Part shown: positions 16,338 through 26,433 of the stretch, one piece after another
Layout: each line of letters opens with the position of its first letter
How positions within the stretch are numbered: position 1 is the stretch's first letter
NCBI GenBank assembly: GCA_041664245.1
Contig: JBAYLC010000003.1
Coordinates: forward strand, 394 to 64,393
From: Minisyncoccota bacterium
GTDB taxonomy: Bacteria > Patescibacteriota > Minisyncoccia > UBA6257 > 2-01-FULL-56-20
DNA length: 64,000 nucleotides
Direction: 5' to 3'
Notes under the pieces: model-generated
What the model saw: the letters and a program-made list of their open reading frames with translations, nothing else
Told to the model about the DNA's origin: nothing
Databases searched by the model: none
Made by a program: the position numbers and the translations under genes

Positions 16338-18974
16338 ATGAGCGCTTTTGAGACAGCACGAAACAAGGAATTAGAAGAAGCGGATACCGCCGCTAAAGAA
16401 AAAAAACCAACGCTGGAGACACCGCCAATAGGCAGTATAGTTACCGGCAGGGATGCGTTTGAAAAAGCCACGGTTACCGGCGAGTTAAAAGAAATAAAAA
16501 TTATTTATGGTGAATTATTTGGCGTAATTATTGATAAGGAAAAAGTTCAGCACAAAATTAAAATTGATCCAAGCGCCGAAATAATTATGCCCCCAAAGGC
16601 AGTGGAATCAGAAAACCAACCGCCGATTAGCAAGATTGAGAGAATAATCGACACCACCCCAAATGCAGTAACGCCCCTGGCAGAAACGGACATCGAATCA
16701 ATTCTCTTAGATCCAGATGGACCAACAGTTAAAAAACAAGTGGCCGACATCCTAGATTACGAAGAGTTATTAAAGGATGCGCCATCTGAAATAGAAAGAA
16801 AACTCCCGCCTCCACCGCCGCCGCCGAAAGCCGAAAATCCCGAACCAAAAATATCCAAAGCGCCTTTAGAAGCGGAAAGTAAACTAGCGGAAATTATTGA
16901 AGCCACTCCTATATCTAATTATGTTAGTGGTGCTGAAATAAAAGATATTCCACTCGAACCAGAACCAACACTAGTAAAAAATGAAGAAGCCGGAATAGTT
17001 GAAACCGCCACCGAAAAAAATGAAGCCACCACCCCGGAAAGTCCGGTCGAGGAAATCAATCGCCGCCTAGCCACTCTCAAAAATGAATTCGACACTAACG
17101 TCGGAAGTTTCTCCCCTGAAAGTTGGTCCGCGGGGAAAAAAGAGATAATTTCTATCCTGAGTAAAGACTTAGGCGTCCTTACTAACGACCTAGAAAACCC
17201 TCTTAAAGTTAGCTCAACCAAATTGCAACAGTTAACTGATTCTTTCTTCTATTCTCCTTCTGAATTTGAGAATAATTACGAAAAAATTAAGGGGGAAATC
17301 AGCTCAGAACTTAACCCCCAGCCGGAAAGCAAAGAATTTAAAGAGGAATCGGTCTCTAGAAATGAAGCGCCGTCAATAATTACAAAGGCAGAAGAGGCAA
17401 TAGAAACCGAAAAATTAAATGCGAAAACGGAGGTGGTGATTCCTCCTCTAGAAGAAAAAACGCCCGCTGATCTTAAAGAAGAGACTGTCCCCATTACTCC
17501 AGAGTTAACCGAAAAAACTCCGGCTGGAAAAATGGAATCTGCCCGGGCCGCCTATCTCGATCTTTATGAAAAAAACCGTCTCTTTCAAAAAAGATACGAG
17601 CGTGGAAGTTTATTCACCGAAGATGAGCAAGGTGAATGGACGCAAATTAAAAATGATCTGGAAATAAAAGGAGAAGAATACCGAGCGTCCCGCCAAGGAT
17701 ACTTAGAATCAACCCTCAAACAATTTGAAACCGAGCAGATCGACAAAGAACTTGCCTTCTTCAAACATGACGCTGATTTCCCTAACCTCCCCCTCGGCGC
17801 TAAGTTTGATGCTAATGAATACAAAAAATCTCGGCTCCAAGAAAAAGCCACCCTAGAATTAACCGCCGAATTTAAAAAACTGCACGACGCCAAAACCGAA
17901 AAAGCCGCTGAAAGTTACGGTCCAAAATTTTTAGAAAGAATCCGCGAATTTGGTCGGAACTACAACAAGCAGCCTCTTTATAGAAAATTAATGCTCGGCG
18001 GGGCAATTATGGGCGGTGGCATGCTAGCCGCTTTAGGCGGTGGTGGAATTGGTGCCGCTTTCGCCGCCGCTATTGGAGTTGGAAAAATTGCTCAAAGAGC
18101 CGTTTCTGGAACAGCTATGTTTGTCACCGTCGAAGCTCTCGTGAAAAGAAAGCAAGATAAAATCCTAGCCAAAAAAATCGAAAAAAACGAAATTTACTTC
18201 AAGGCTGAGATAGACGCCGCCGCCGAAAGATTCACTAACGGTGAAAAAGCCGGCGGCCTAATCGATTTCCTCAAAACTCAGGATAAAACTCTGGAAAATA
18301 GATACAACGAAAATCAGGCGGAATTAAAGAAAATGGAAAAAAGAATGGCTTATCGGCGAATATTCTATGCCGGAGCTGGCGGCCTAGTAATCGGCACCGG
18401 CCTCTTATCCTACGGCGTCCACAAGGCTATTAACGTTTTTGGATCTCTCACCGATCTTCACTCCGTTGAAGCCCCCAGTGGCCACAGTGGATTTGAGGCT
18501 CCGACTGATACCTCTCATGTTGCACCCAGTGAAACCATTCACTCAACTAGCCCCGATACCCTCTCCGCCAAACCGACACCCAATATTTTTGATGAACGTA
18601 TTAACGCCAAACCCGATCTCAGCAAAATCACTAATCTAGAATCGGAACTATCCCGCCCCATCGCTACCGTAAAACCCGGTGGCAGCTTCTGGGAAGCCGC
18701 TAAATCACTTCTCCATGAGAGTAAAATTTCGCCGGAAAAATTTGACGAAGCTTGGCGCCATTCCTTCGCCGAAATAAATGGTGTTAAAACTCCGTTAAGC
18801 GAACTTGGTCTCTCTCATCCCGGCGACCACCTTACTTTCATCGACGACCCCGGCAATCCCCACTTCGAAATTTCCGACCACCTCAAATTCGGTACTGATG
18901 AAGATTTGTTTAAATATCTCAAATCAGCCGGCAAAACTATCCCTCAATGGTTATCCGAAAAATTCGGAAAATGA
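16338..18974 (+). CDS. large hypothetical protein: acidic/Pro-rich disordered N-half (PPPPPPPK), two Gly-rich TM helices, ~170 aa C-terminal domain
   Basis: The 878 aa ORF is divergent from pilB and I recognised no domain in it. Confidence 0.6.
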   Translation: MSAFETARNKELEEADTAAKEKKPTLETPPIGSIVTGRDAFEKATVTGELKEIKIIYGELFGVIIDKEKVQHKIKIDPSAEIIMPPKAVESENQPPISKIERIIDTTPNAVTPLAETDIESILLDPDGPTVKKQVADILDYEELLKDAPSEIERKLPPPPPPPKAENPEPKISKAPLEAESKLAEIIEATPISNYVSGAEIKDIPLEPEPTLVKNEEAGIVETATEKNEATTPESPVEEINRRLATLKNEFDTNVGSFSPESWSAGKKEIISILSKDLGVLTNDLENPLKVSSTKLQQLTDSFFYSPSEFENNYEKIKGEISSELNPQPESKEFKEESVSRNEAPSIITKAEEAIETEKLNAKTEVVIPPLEEKTPADLKEETVPITPELTEKTPAGKMESARAAYLDLYEKNRLFQKRYERGSLFTEDEQGEWTQIKNDLEIKGEEYRASRQGYLESTLKQFETEQIDKELAFFKHDADFPNLPLGAKFDANEYKKSRLQEKATLELTAEFKKLHDAKTEKAAESYGPKFLERIREFGRNYNKQPLYRKLMLGGAIMGGGMLAALGGGGIGAAFAAAIGVGKIAQRAVSGTAMFVTVEALVKRKQDKILAKKIEKNEIYFKAEIDAAAERFTNGEKAGGLIDFLKTQDKTLENRYNENQAELKKMEKRMAYRRIFYAGAGGLVIGTGLLSYGVHKAINVFGSLTDLHSVEAPSGHSGFEAPTDTSHVAPSETIHSTSPDTLSAKPTPNIFDERINAKPDLSKITNLESELSRPIATVKPGGSFWEAAKSLLHESKISPEKFDEAWRHSFAEINGVKTPLSELGLSHPGDHLTFIDDPGNPHFEISDHLKFGTDEDLFKYLKSAGKTIPQWLSEKFGK

Positions 18975-18995
18975 TATAATTAAGCTACAAATAAT

Positions 18996-19289
18996 ATGAA
19001 TGAGGATATTGATAAAAAATTAGAACCTATTCTTGCTTCTCTCTCGGAAGACGAGAAAAAGGAAGTTATTGCTCAAATTGGCGAGTCTTTAATGAAGCGG
19101 CTGATTATAAGGATTTATGATCACCTAAACGAAACCGACCAAAAAATTCTTGATGAACTAAACGAAACCGCCGATCCGGAGAAAATTAACGAATTTTTCA
19201 AACTCAAAGTTCCAGATTTAGAATCAATCCGCGATGAAGAATTAGAGACCTTAATTTCGGAAATGAAAGAGTTTATCGGTGCTAAATAA
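18996..19289 (+). CDS. hypothetical small acidic helical protein
   Basis: The 97 aa ORF is co-oriented with 16338-18974 and is followed by an intrinsic terminator. Confidence 0.5.
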   Translation: MNEDIDKKLEPILASLSEDEKKEVIAQIGESLMKRLIIRIYDHLNETDQKILDELNETADPEKINEFFKLKVPDLESIRDEELETLISEMKEFIGAK

Positions 19290-19311
19290 TTCGCCGCAAT
19301 CTTAACTGCAG

Positions 19312-19342
19312 AAAAGACAGCCTCATGGCTGTCTTTTCATTT
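19312..19342 (+). terminator. intrinsic terminator (aaaagacagcc-tcat-ggctgtctttt)
   Basis: A perfect 11 bp stem is followed by a T-run. Confidence 0.75.
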
Positions 19343-19379
19343 CCACCAGTTTAGTTTAATATTTCTACTATCCAAACGT

Positions 19380-21233
19380 ATGTCTAAAAACAAACCTATG
19401 TCTAACTTTTATAAAAATATCCTCTGGGCCATTTTCGCCCTCGTTGTTATTTCTCTGATTTTTTCCAATTTTTTAGAAAGCAAAAAACCTATTCCCGAAA
19501 TTGCCTTAAACCAACTCGTTGATCAAATCAACACCGGTAAAATAAAGGAAGTAACCATCGCCGGTAATGATCTAAAAATAAAACTCCAAGACGGAACTGA
19601 CGCCACCTCTAAAAAAGAGACTGATGCCAGCTTAACCGACACTCTTAAAAATCTTGGCGTTGACTCTTTGGCTCTCCAAAAAGTAAAGCTGAGCTTTGAA
19701 GCTCAGTCTGGTTGGCAATTTTGGGCCGGAGTTTTAATTCCCACTCTCCTTCCCATTGTTATTATCGGAATAATTCTTTTTCTGATGCTACGACAGGCTA
19801 AAACGGGAGTTAACCAAGCTTTTAGTTTCGGCCGTTCCACTATACGTCTTTCTAATCTCACTAAAGAAAAAATAACCTTCGAAGATGTCGCCGGTGCCAA
19901 AGAAGCGAAGGAGGAACTAATAGAAATTGTTGATTTCCTTAAAAATCCTAAAAAGTTTTTAGACTTGGGCGCTAAAATTCCCCGTGGCGTCCTTTTGGTT
20001 GGCCTGCCCGGCACCGGCAAAACTCTTCTTGCTCGAGCCGTCGCCGGCGAAGCTGGCGTCCCTTTCTTCAACGTCTCAGCTTCTGAATTTGTTGAAATGT
20101 TTGTGGGTGTCGGTGCCGCAAGAATCAGGGATTCCTTCACTACCGCTAAAAAAGCTTCTCCGTCTATTCTTTTTATTGATGAAATTGATGCCGTTGGACG
20201 CCAGCGCGGTGCCGGTTTAGGCGGCGGTAATGACGAAAGAGAACAAACCCTAAATCAAATCCTCGTCGAACTAGACGGTTTTGAGCGAAATGATCGGCTG
20301 ATCGTTCTCGCCGCCACTAATCGCCCTGATGTCCTTGACCCCGCCCTTCTTCGGCCCGGCCGTTTCGACCGCCGAGTAGTTCTTGACCTGCCCGACATAA
20401 ATGATCGCGAGGCCATCCTAAAAATTCACTCTCGCGGAAAATCTTTAGCACCCGATGTCGATCTTCGAAAAATTGGAATTCGAACTCCTGGTTTTTCCGG
20501 CGCCGACCTGGCTAATTTAATGAACGAAGGTGCCATCCTCGCCGCCCGCCAAAATAAAAAAATAATTAATCAAGAAGATTTTTATAACGCGGTGGAAAAA
20601 GTGATTCTTGGCCCCGAACGCCGCAGCCGAGTTATCTCGGTCAAAGAAAAAGAGATTACCGCTTATCACGAAAGCGGCCACGCTTTAGTCGCCGCCTCCC
20701 TGAAAGATTGTGATCCGATTCATAAAGTCTCCATCATTAGCCGCGGCAACGCTGGCGGTTATACAATGAAACTTCCCGCCGAAGACCAACATCTCCGCTC
20801 TAAAAAACAGTTTCTTAGCGACTTGGCCGTTATGCTGGCTGGTCTTGCCGCTGAAAAGTTGATTTTTGACGACACCACCACTGGTGCCTCAAACGACCTC
20901 AAGGAAGCTTCCGCTTTGGCCAGGCGTATGATCACCCGTTATGGAATGAGCGATAGTCTCGGTCCGGTCACTTTTGGAAAAAGCGAGGAGCTAATATTTT
21001 TAGGCCGGGAGATAAGTTCCGAGAAAAACTACTCCGAAAAAGTGGCTGAAAAAATCGACGAGGAAGTTCACAATTTCATAAATCGCGCCAATCAAGTTGT
21101 CCATAAAATTCTATCCCACGAAAAAAAAGCTCTTAAAGCCATCGCCGACACCCTAATCGAAAAAGAAACAATTGAGCAAGAAGATTTCTACGCCATCTTA
21201 AAACCTTTTAATATAAAGCCAATCTCCGTCTAA
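19380..21233 (+). CDS. ftsH: ATP-dependent zinc metalloprotease FtsH
   Basis: It has an N-terminal TM, an AAA Walker A ([13 protein letters not shown]), the SRH region and an HESGH zinc site. Confidence 0.95.
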   Translation: MSKNKPMSNFYKNILWAIFALVVISLIFSNFLESKKPIPEIALNQLVDQINTGKIKEVTIAGNDLKIKLQDGTDATSKKETDASLTDTLKNLGVDSLALQKVKLSFEAQSGWQFWAGVLIPTLLPIVIIGIILFLMLRQAKTGVNQAFSFGRSTIRLSNLTKEKITFEDVAGAKEAKEELIEIVDFLKNPKKFLDLGAKIPRGVLLVGLPGTGKTLLARAVAGEAGVPFFNVSASEFVEMFVGVGAARIRDSFTTAKKASPSILFIDEIDAVGRQRGAGLGGGNDEREQTLNQILVELDGFERNDRLIVLAATNRPDVLDPALLRPGRFDRRVVLDLPDINDREAILKIHSRGKSLAPDVDLRKIGIRTPGFSGADLANLMNEGAILAARQNKKIINQEDFYNAVEKVILGPERRSRVISVKEKEITAYHESGHALVAASLKDCDPIHKVSIISRGNAGGYTMKLPAEDQHLRSKKQFLSDLAVMLAGLAAEKLIFDDTTTGASNDLKEASALARRMITRYGMSDSLGPVTFGKSEELIFLGREISSEKNYSEKVAEKIDEEVHNFINRANQVVHKILSHEKKALKAIADTLIEKETIEQEDFYAILKPFNIKPISV

Positions 21234-21331
21234 TTTGCTTTCTTTTTGTTGTAAATTTTTATGAACGGGCAGTTCCCCTATCCCCTCAATTTCGAAACCC
21301 AAAAAAACTATGATAAGATAAAAACGCACCC

Positions 21332-22876
21332 ATGCAAAAAATAAAATCATTATTTAAAAAGAAAATATTTTCTATTCCCGCTATCGCAATTATCGTTGTT
21401 TTAATAATTATTATTTTAAGTTCTTCTGGGAAACAAAACTCCAATATTTTCACTGTCAAAAAAACAAATTTAATCCAAGACGTAAGTGTTTCCGGAAAAA
21501 TCAATTCGGCCAACCAAGTCGATCTCGCCTTTGAAAAAGGCGGTCGTGTGAGCAGTATTAACGCCGAAGTTAGCGACAAAGTTTATGCCGGTGAGGTTAT
21601 TGTTCGCCTTGAAAATGGCGATTTAGTCGCCCAACTAGATCAGGCCCGGGCCAACATCAAAATTCAGCAGGCTAGACTGGACGAGCTTAAACGAGGCAGC
21701 CGGCCCGAAGAAATTCAAATCAAGCAAACCGAACTCGCTAAAGCGCAACAAGATTTAAACAATTATTATTCTAGCATCCCTGATGTCTTGAATGATGCCT
21801 TTTCTAAAGCCGATGATGCACTCCACAAACAAGTCATCCAAACCTTTTCGAGTCTAGACACACCTCGTCTGACTTTTGACGTCGATAGTGTCCAATTAAG
21901 AACTAATACCGAAGGCCAAATTATTACTGCTCTTAATGCCTTAAAAAAATGGAAAAACGACTTAGACTCGCTAACCCCCCAATCGTCCTCTGATACTCTT
22001 TTTTTGTCTCTTGAGAAAAGTCTGGTTCCCTTAAATATTATTCGAGATTCTCTGGATAAAATTATGAATTCAATAATTCACAACATTAATCTGACTCAAA
22101 GCACCGCCGACACCTACAAAGCTAACGCCAACACCGCCCGCAATAATGTGAATACCGCCATCACAAACATCAGTGATCAGAAAGCAACCATTGAATCTCA
22201 AAAAATCGCCGTCAAAAAAATCAGCGATGAATTAGCGCTTAAATTAGCCGGTTCTGATCCTAAAGAAATTTCCATCCAAGAAGCCGAAGTTGAATCCGCC
22301 AAGGCCAATGCAAGAAATTTTGAAGCTCAAATAAACAAAACCCTAATTATCGCCCCAATCTCGGGAATCATCACCAAACAAGATGCCAAAGTTGGTGAGA
22401 TCATCTCGCCCAACATCACAGTGGTCTCATTAATTTCTGAGTCAAAATTTCAAATTGAAGCCAATATTCCGGAAATCAACATCGCCAATATAAAAATCGG
22501 CGACGAAGCCAGCGTCACGCTTGATGCCTACGGTAGCAACAACGCCTTCCCAACTAAAGTTGTAAAAATTGACCCAGCCGAAACCATCGTCGAAGGTGTT
22601 TCTACTTACAAAGTTACACTTCAATTTTTAACCCCCGATCCGAGAATCAAATCAGGTATGACCGCCAACGTCCAAATAAAAACCGGCGAGAGAAAAAATA
22701 TTCTCGTTATTCCCCAGCGAGCCATCATTATTAAAGACAAAATCCAAACGGTTAAAATTCTTAAAAACGGCGTTGGCCAAGATGTAGAAATAAAAACCGG
22801 CCTCCGCGGCTCAGACGGCAACATCGAAGTTTTAAGCGGTCTTAATGAAAACGATCAAATAATAATCCCTTCTTAG
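21332..22876 (+). CDS. HlyD-family membrane fusion / efflux adaptor protein
   Basis: It has an N-terminal TM, a long coiled coil and a C-terminal beta-barrel/lipoyl-like region. No cognate transporter gene is adjacent. Confidence 0.7.
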   Translation: MQKIKSLFKKKIFSIPAIAIIVVLIIIILSSSGKQNSNIFTVKKTNLIQDVSVSGKINSANQVDLAFEKGGRVSSINAEVSDKVYAGEVIVRLENGDLVAQLDQARANIKIQQARLDELKRGSRPEEIQIKQTELAKAQQDLNNYYSSIPDVLNDAFSKADDALHKQVIQTFSSLDTPRLTFDVDSVQLRTNTEGQIITALNALKKWKNDLDSLTPQSSSDTLFLSLEKSLVPLNIIRDSLDKIMNSIIHNINLTQSTADTYKANANTARNNVNTAITNISDQKATIESQKIAVKKISDELALKLAGSDPKEISIQEAEVESAKANARNFEAQINKTLIIAPISGIITKQDAKVGEIISPNITVVSLISESKFQIEANIPEINIANIKIGDEASVTLDAYGSNNAFPTKVVKIDPAETIVEGVSTYKVTLQFLTPDPRIKSGMTANVQIKTGERKNILVIPQRAIIIKDKIQTVKILKNGVGQDVEIKTGLRGSDGNIEVLSGLNENDQIIIPS

Positions 22877-22907
22877 ATTTAGTGCTTACACCGCGAAACT
22901 TTAGCGA

Positions 22908-22983
22908 AGTGGTGCGCACTCCTGGATTCGAACCAGGAACCGGTCGTGTATAAGACGACTGCTCTACCGTTGAGCTAAGTGCG
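22908..22983 (-). tRNA. tRNA-Ile (anticodon TAT, reads AUA); CCA encoded
   Basis: It reads GCGCACT-TA-GCTC-AACGGTA-GAGC-A-GTCGT-CTTATAC-ACGAC-CGGTT-CCTGG-TTCGAAT-CCAGG-AGTGCGC-A-CCA. Confidence 0.75.
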
Positions 22984-22987
22984 CTCT

Positions 22988-23584
22988 CTATTTTACCAGC
23001 TGATCAAAACGCTTAATCGCTTGATCGGCTTGTGTGTTAAAATCGTTAATTGACTGTATTTCCCCATTCACACTCTTTATTAAATCCGCCACCCCCTCTT
23101 GATCAGAAAAATTACCGACGAACCTATTCCGCAAAACCCCCAATAATTTTTCGAGATAGCCGCTATAATTGATTAGCCGGCTAATCAAAGAAAGATAGCT
23201 GCTAATCGACTCAAGCGCCGCCTGCTTGGCTTGGTCCGAACTTATCCCCGAAACCGCCTTCGTCATATTTTCAAGTTGAGCTGAGAGATTAATAGCCTCA
23301 CTTCTAATCTCTTGGCTCTTCCCTACTGTTCTCGCCACGACATTTAAGGCCTCAGTATAATTTCCCCCCTTATCCAATTTATTTATCAATTCAATATCAC
23401 TCGCCGATTGATTAGAGGCATCAACGATATTTTTCGCGATTACCGCTCCTTGAACTCTCGCCTCAGAAAAAGCGGCCGGCACATCTGAACCCGACGATCC
23501 AGCAAACGCCACCACTAAATAAGTTGCCAAACCCGCCGCCAGAAAAATTAGGTATATCTTTTTTTTGCCTGAAAAAAATGTCAT
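22988..23584 (-). CDS. hypothetical membrane-anchored/secreted protein
   Basis: The 198 aa product has an N-terminal hydrophobic segment followed by a helical Ser/Ala/Gln-rich region. Confidence 0.55.
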   Translation of the reverse strand: MTFFSGKKKIYLIFLAAGLATYLVVAFAGSSGSDVPAAFSEARVQGAVIAKNIVDASNQSASDIELINKLDKGGNYTEALNVVARTVGKSQEIRSEAINLSAQLENMTKAVSGISSDQAKQAALESISSYLSLISRLINYSGYLEKLLGVLRNRFVGNFSDQEGVADLIKSVNGEIQSINDFNTQADQAIKRFDQLVK

Positions 23585-23758
23585 ATCGTTAAGGAGTATT
23601 CTAGTTTAAGGTAAAGCTAACGTCAACTAATAAAAATTGAAATCGAAACCAAAGAATGGTAAATTTAATCTCGCAAACTAAATCAAAAAAGGAATAGTCC
23701 CGCCTATGGCGGGGCATAAGAATCGCTAAGTTCTCAAGTTCACTAAGCGAGTTCTAAT

Positions 23759-23829
23759 GCGGGTATCGTATAACGGTATTATGCCACCCTTCCAAGGTGG
23801 AGACACGGGTCCGACTCCCGTTACCCGCT
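23759..23829 (+). tRNA. tRNA-Gly (anticodon TCC), non-canonical D stem and T loop (TCCGACT, C at position 55)
   Basis: The acceptor stem is GCGGGTA/TACCCGC and the anticodon stem CCACC/GGTGG with loop CTTCCAA. The D stem has only 3 pairs and there is C at position 55 of the T loop. Confidence 0.6.
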
Positions 23830-24005
23830 CTCTAATTGAATCAGGACGATTTCATATCGCCTTAATTTGACTTTCGAATCACAGGGAGTCGGACAGGGAA
23901 AGGGGTCGGGAAAACGGAAGTTTTCCCGTGGCGGAAATACTAAAACCTATGGGTTTTAGAAAATTTTACCGGAGTAAAATTTCGTTCGCCTCCCGTTACC
24001 CGCTC
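23815..24005 (+). repeat. 16 bp perfect direct repeat CTCCCGTTACCCGCTC (tRNA-Gly 3' end, 23815-23830, repeated at 23990-24005) flanking ~160 bp
   Basis: The two copies were read directly from the sequence. This is the att-site-like duplication signature left by integrases that target tRNA genes. Confidence 0.6.
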
Positions 24006-24011
24006 CAAATA

Positions 24012-24046
24012 AAAATCACCGATTTAAATCGGTGATTTTTATTTCA
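24012..24046. terminator. bidirectional intrinsic terminator (atcaccgattt/aaatcggtgat palindrome flanked by A-run and T-run)
   Basis: A perfect 11 bp palindromic stem has A-runs and T-runs on both sides. Confidence 0.7.
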
Positions 24047-24057
24047 TTTTTCCCCTC

Positions 24058-24717
24058 CTAATCATTAGTGCGGAAAGTGTTTGGCATAGTCATAGTAACG
24101 TTTCCGGAATTATCCGTCGAGCGAGTAACATAGTAGTAACTCGTATTCGGCTGAAGACCCTGCATGGTTACTGACTGCGAATTATGGACATCGGTATTAT
24201 TCGGAGCAAGTAATCCTCCTATATACGCTTGTTGGGCGTATCCAGTCGTTTCATTTGACTGTATTGGGGATATATCATAATACACCTGTCCCTTCGCTGG
24301 TTCGCTTGTCGACCAACTAATAGTGGCGTTAGTGCGGTTAGCCTGCATCCAAGCGTTTGACATAGTTGGAGCGTTGGTATCAAGACCGAAACCAGACGAC
24401 ATAATACTGTTAATTTTACTCTGCGTCATTGGACCAACCCGACCTGCCTGCGGAATATCGTAGGCTACCTGAAATTGCGTAACGGCAGCTTGGGTAAGCG
24501 GACCGAAATAACCAGAAACAATTCCTTCCGGATAAATGGAATAATTTGTAGCTAGAAACTGTTGAAGTTCAGTCACATTATTTCCTCTTGAACCAAGATC
24601 TAATTGGCTAGTAATAGCAGCCTGCGCCTTTTGCGTAGTTACCGATAAAACCAAAAAGAGCGCCAGAAAACCTACAGATATGAAACCAATACGTAACATT
24701 TTTATCGTTTTATTCAT
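24058..24717 (-). CDS. secreted protein with peptidoglycan-binding (PG_binding_1-like) domain
   Basis: It has a signal peptide and a PG-binding-like repeat, GNNVTELQQFLA..GYFGPLTQAAVTQFQ. Confidence 0.65.
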   Translation of the reverse strand: MNKTIKMLRIGFISVGFLALFLVLSVTTQKAQAAITSQLDLGSRGNNVTELQQFLATNYSIYPEGIVSGYFGPLTQAAVTQFQVAYDIPQAGRVGPMTQSKINSIMSSGFGLDTNAPTMSNAWMQANRTNATISWSTSEPAKGQVYYDISPIQSNETTGYAQQAYIGGLLAPNNTDVHNSQSVTMQGLQPNTSYYYVTRSTDNSGNVTMTMPNTFRTND

Positions 24718-24939
24718 TTTATATGTAATTAATTTTTATTAATGGATTCTAATAGTCGACCCCTATGTATCCTTTCGCAAATGATGCCGCTACAAAGACA
24801 AAAATATTACAAAAACTCCCTATAGGTCTTTGTAACTCATCTTCGAAATATTTGATTATCTTCCTATTTCTAAACAACCGACAAACCAAACACAACCCAA
24901 AAATAATTCTAATAGACTTTTATGTAGGATCGAGATAAC

Positions 24940-25296
24940 TTACTTGTCTTGGTTGTTCATTTTTACTGCGGCCTCTGATGTGGACACAGTTTTACTCATC
25001 AGAAACAATCGAACGATTGCGAGAGCAATCATCCAATACACCAACATTGCCAAAAGAGTCGTCCACTCAAAAATATTACCCTGAACAGTTGCCGCTGGAA
25101 AAACTGCAATGAATGGAGCGATGAACGGCCACGTAAGAGCATAAATAAAACTCGTAAATCCAGCTTCGGGATTTGCTCCTGCTAACTTGAGTGCAAAACG
25201 AAACACAAATAATATCTCGGCGATCGAAAGAAGATACCAAGCAACTTGGATGCCCCTGAATAACGGTTTCGTTGTAGGAGAATTATATGAATTCAT
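24940..25296 (-). CDS. YggT-like integral membrane protein
   Basis: The 118 aa product has 3-4 TM helices and an RFALKL-type motif. Confidence 0.5.
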   Translation of the reverse strand: MNSYNSPTTKPLFRGIQVAWYLLSIAEILFVFRFALKLAGANPEAGFTSFIYALTWPFIAPFIAVFPAATVQGNIFEWTTLLAMLVYWMIALAIVRLFLMSKTVSTSEAAVKMNNQDK

Positions 25297-25380
25297 AAAT
25301 GATTAATTTTTAAATAAACATATGGATTATCAGGGCCGACCCCCCTGTATTTTTGCTTATTCGTTAAATAAGTAGAACCT

Positions 25381-25533
25381 TCATGAAATTGGATTCCTTC
25401 CTTGAATAAGGCGAATTAGAATTACAACCACGGCCACCACGAGTAAAATGTGTATAAACCAACCGATAGCGTATACGCCAACAACGCCCAAAATCCAAAA
25501 AAGTAAAAAGATAATTGCAATAGTATAAAGCAT
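25381..25533 (-). CDS. lmo0937-family small membrane protein (50 aa)
   Basis: I translated MLYTIAIIFLLFWILGVVGVYAIGWFIHILLVVAVVVILIRLIQGRNPIS manually. It replaces the overlapping 79 aa track ORF (25364-25603), which is in a different frame. It is paralogous to 27023-27169. Confidence 0.65.
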   Translation of the reverse strand: MLYTIAIIFLLFWILGVVGVYAIGWFIHILLVVAVVVILIRLIQGRNPIS

Positions 25534-25620
25534 ATTTATTTGGGTAAAATCTTGATAAAACTTTTAAGAACGCGATGTGTGAATTGGAATAACAAGATTT
25601 CAATTCTAACTATTTGATTT

Positions 25621-26220
25621 TTATAAATTACTTTTAAGCTCATTAATTTCTTTTTCTAATTTTTCAATATGGACCTCTAATCTTTGTGTCCGTTCCGCTA
25701 ACTTGCTTTCTAGTTGATTTGCATGACCAGCCAACGTTTCGGCGACAGCCATCATTTCCGTAACATCTTCCATGGCAAGAAGTATGATGGGGGGGAATAT
25801 TTTTGAATTAACATCGCCCTTAGCCGATTTAGAATGAATCTGACGGGCATTTAAAATCATCACCCTGTGTCCAATAAAAGGAAATTCATGAACAACTTCA
25901 AAACCTTTAAAAAAGGTGTTTTTAGGAAGAATATCTTCGAGAAGCTTCTGAAGGGAAGGAATATTCCATTGGCCATTCCCCAATTCGTAAACAATTCTAT
26001 TCTCGGTATCTTCCGGCAAAACTTTAAAAGCTTCATAAAAAGATTCGTTCGCCGCCATAACATGAAAATCTTTATCAAGAATCAAAATCGGTTCTCGCAC
26101 AACATCTACTACCGTCCTAATGTAGGTCCAGCTTTCTTCCCATAAACGCTCAAAAAAATCAGTCCCGACGGCTTCAAGAGCTTGCCCTACGTCTTTTTCG
26201 GTTGTTTCGGTTGTTTCCAT
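25621..26220 (-). CDS. PAS-domain protein with C-terminal coiled coil (putative sensor / sigma-factor regulator)
   Basis: It has a PAS fold (ILILDKDFHVMAANESFYEAF) and a coiled-coil tail. It is divergent from the ECF sigma gene. Confidence 0.7.
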   Translation of the reverse strand: METTETTEKDVGQALEAVGTDFFERLWEESWTYIRTVVDVVREPILILDKDFHVMAANESFYEAFKVLPEDTENRIVYELGNGQWNIPSLQKLLEDILPKNTFFKGFEVVHEFPFIGHRVMILNARQIHSKSAKGDVNSKIFPPIILLAMEDVTEMMAVAETLAGHANQLESKLAERTQRLEVHIEKLEKEINELKSNL

Positions 26221-26433
26221 GTAAATGAAGACGTTGGAAAGTTTGAATTATTGCGTATCGCTAACAAGATACTTAATATGCTATGCTACAAAAGCAGAGT
26301 ACCTCTCTCTTTAGCTATTGTAATATCAGCGTAATAGGATTTATTCAGTTAGATCAAATAATCCACCGTAGAATATAGATATTACCCTTACTATTACAGC
26401 AATGTCGTAATACTAGTGTAATAAAACTCTGCC

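Noticed and set aside
23840-23990. A second tRNA or tmRNA-like gene between tRNA-Gly and the repeated 3' end.
   Set aside because: The hairpins gggaaaac-ggaa-gttttccc and ctaaaacc-tatg-ggttttag are present, but no cloverleaf with D, anticodon and T arms can be drawn.
25364-25603. The 79 aa track ORF on the minus strand (MKSCYSNSHIAFLKV..).
   Set aside because: It is Cys/Tyr-rich with no coding-like features. A different frame on the same strand encodes a 50 aa protein with a clear lmo0937-family signature that is paralogous to the ORF at 27023-27169.
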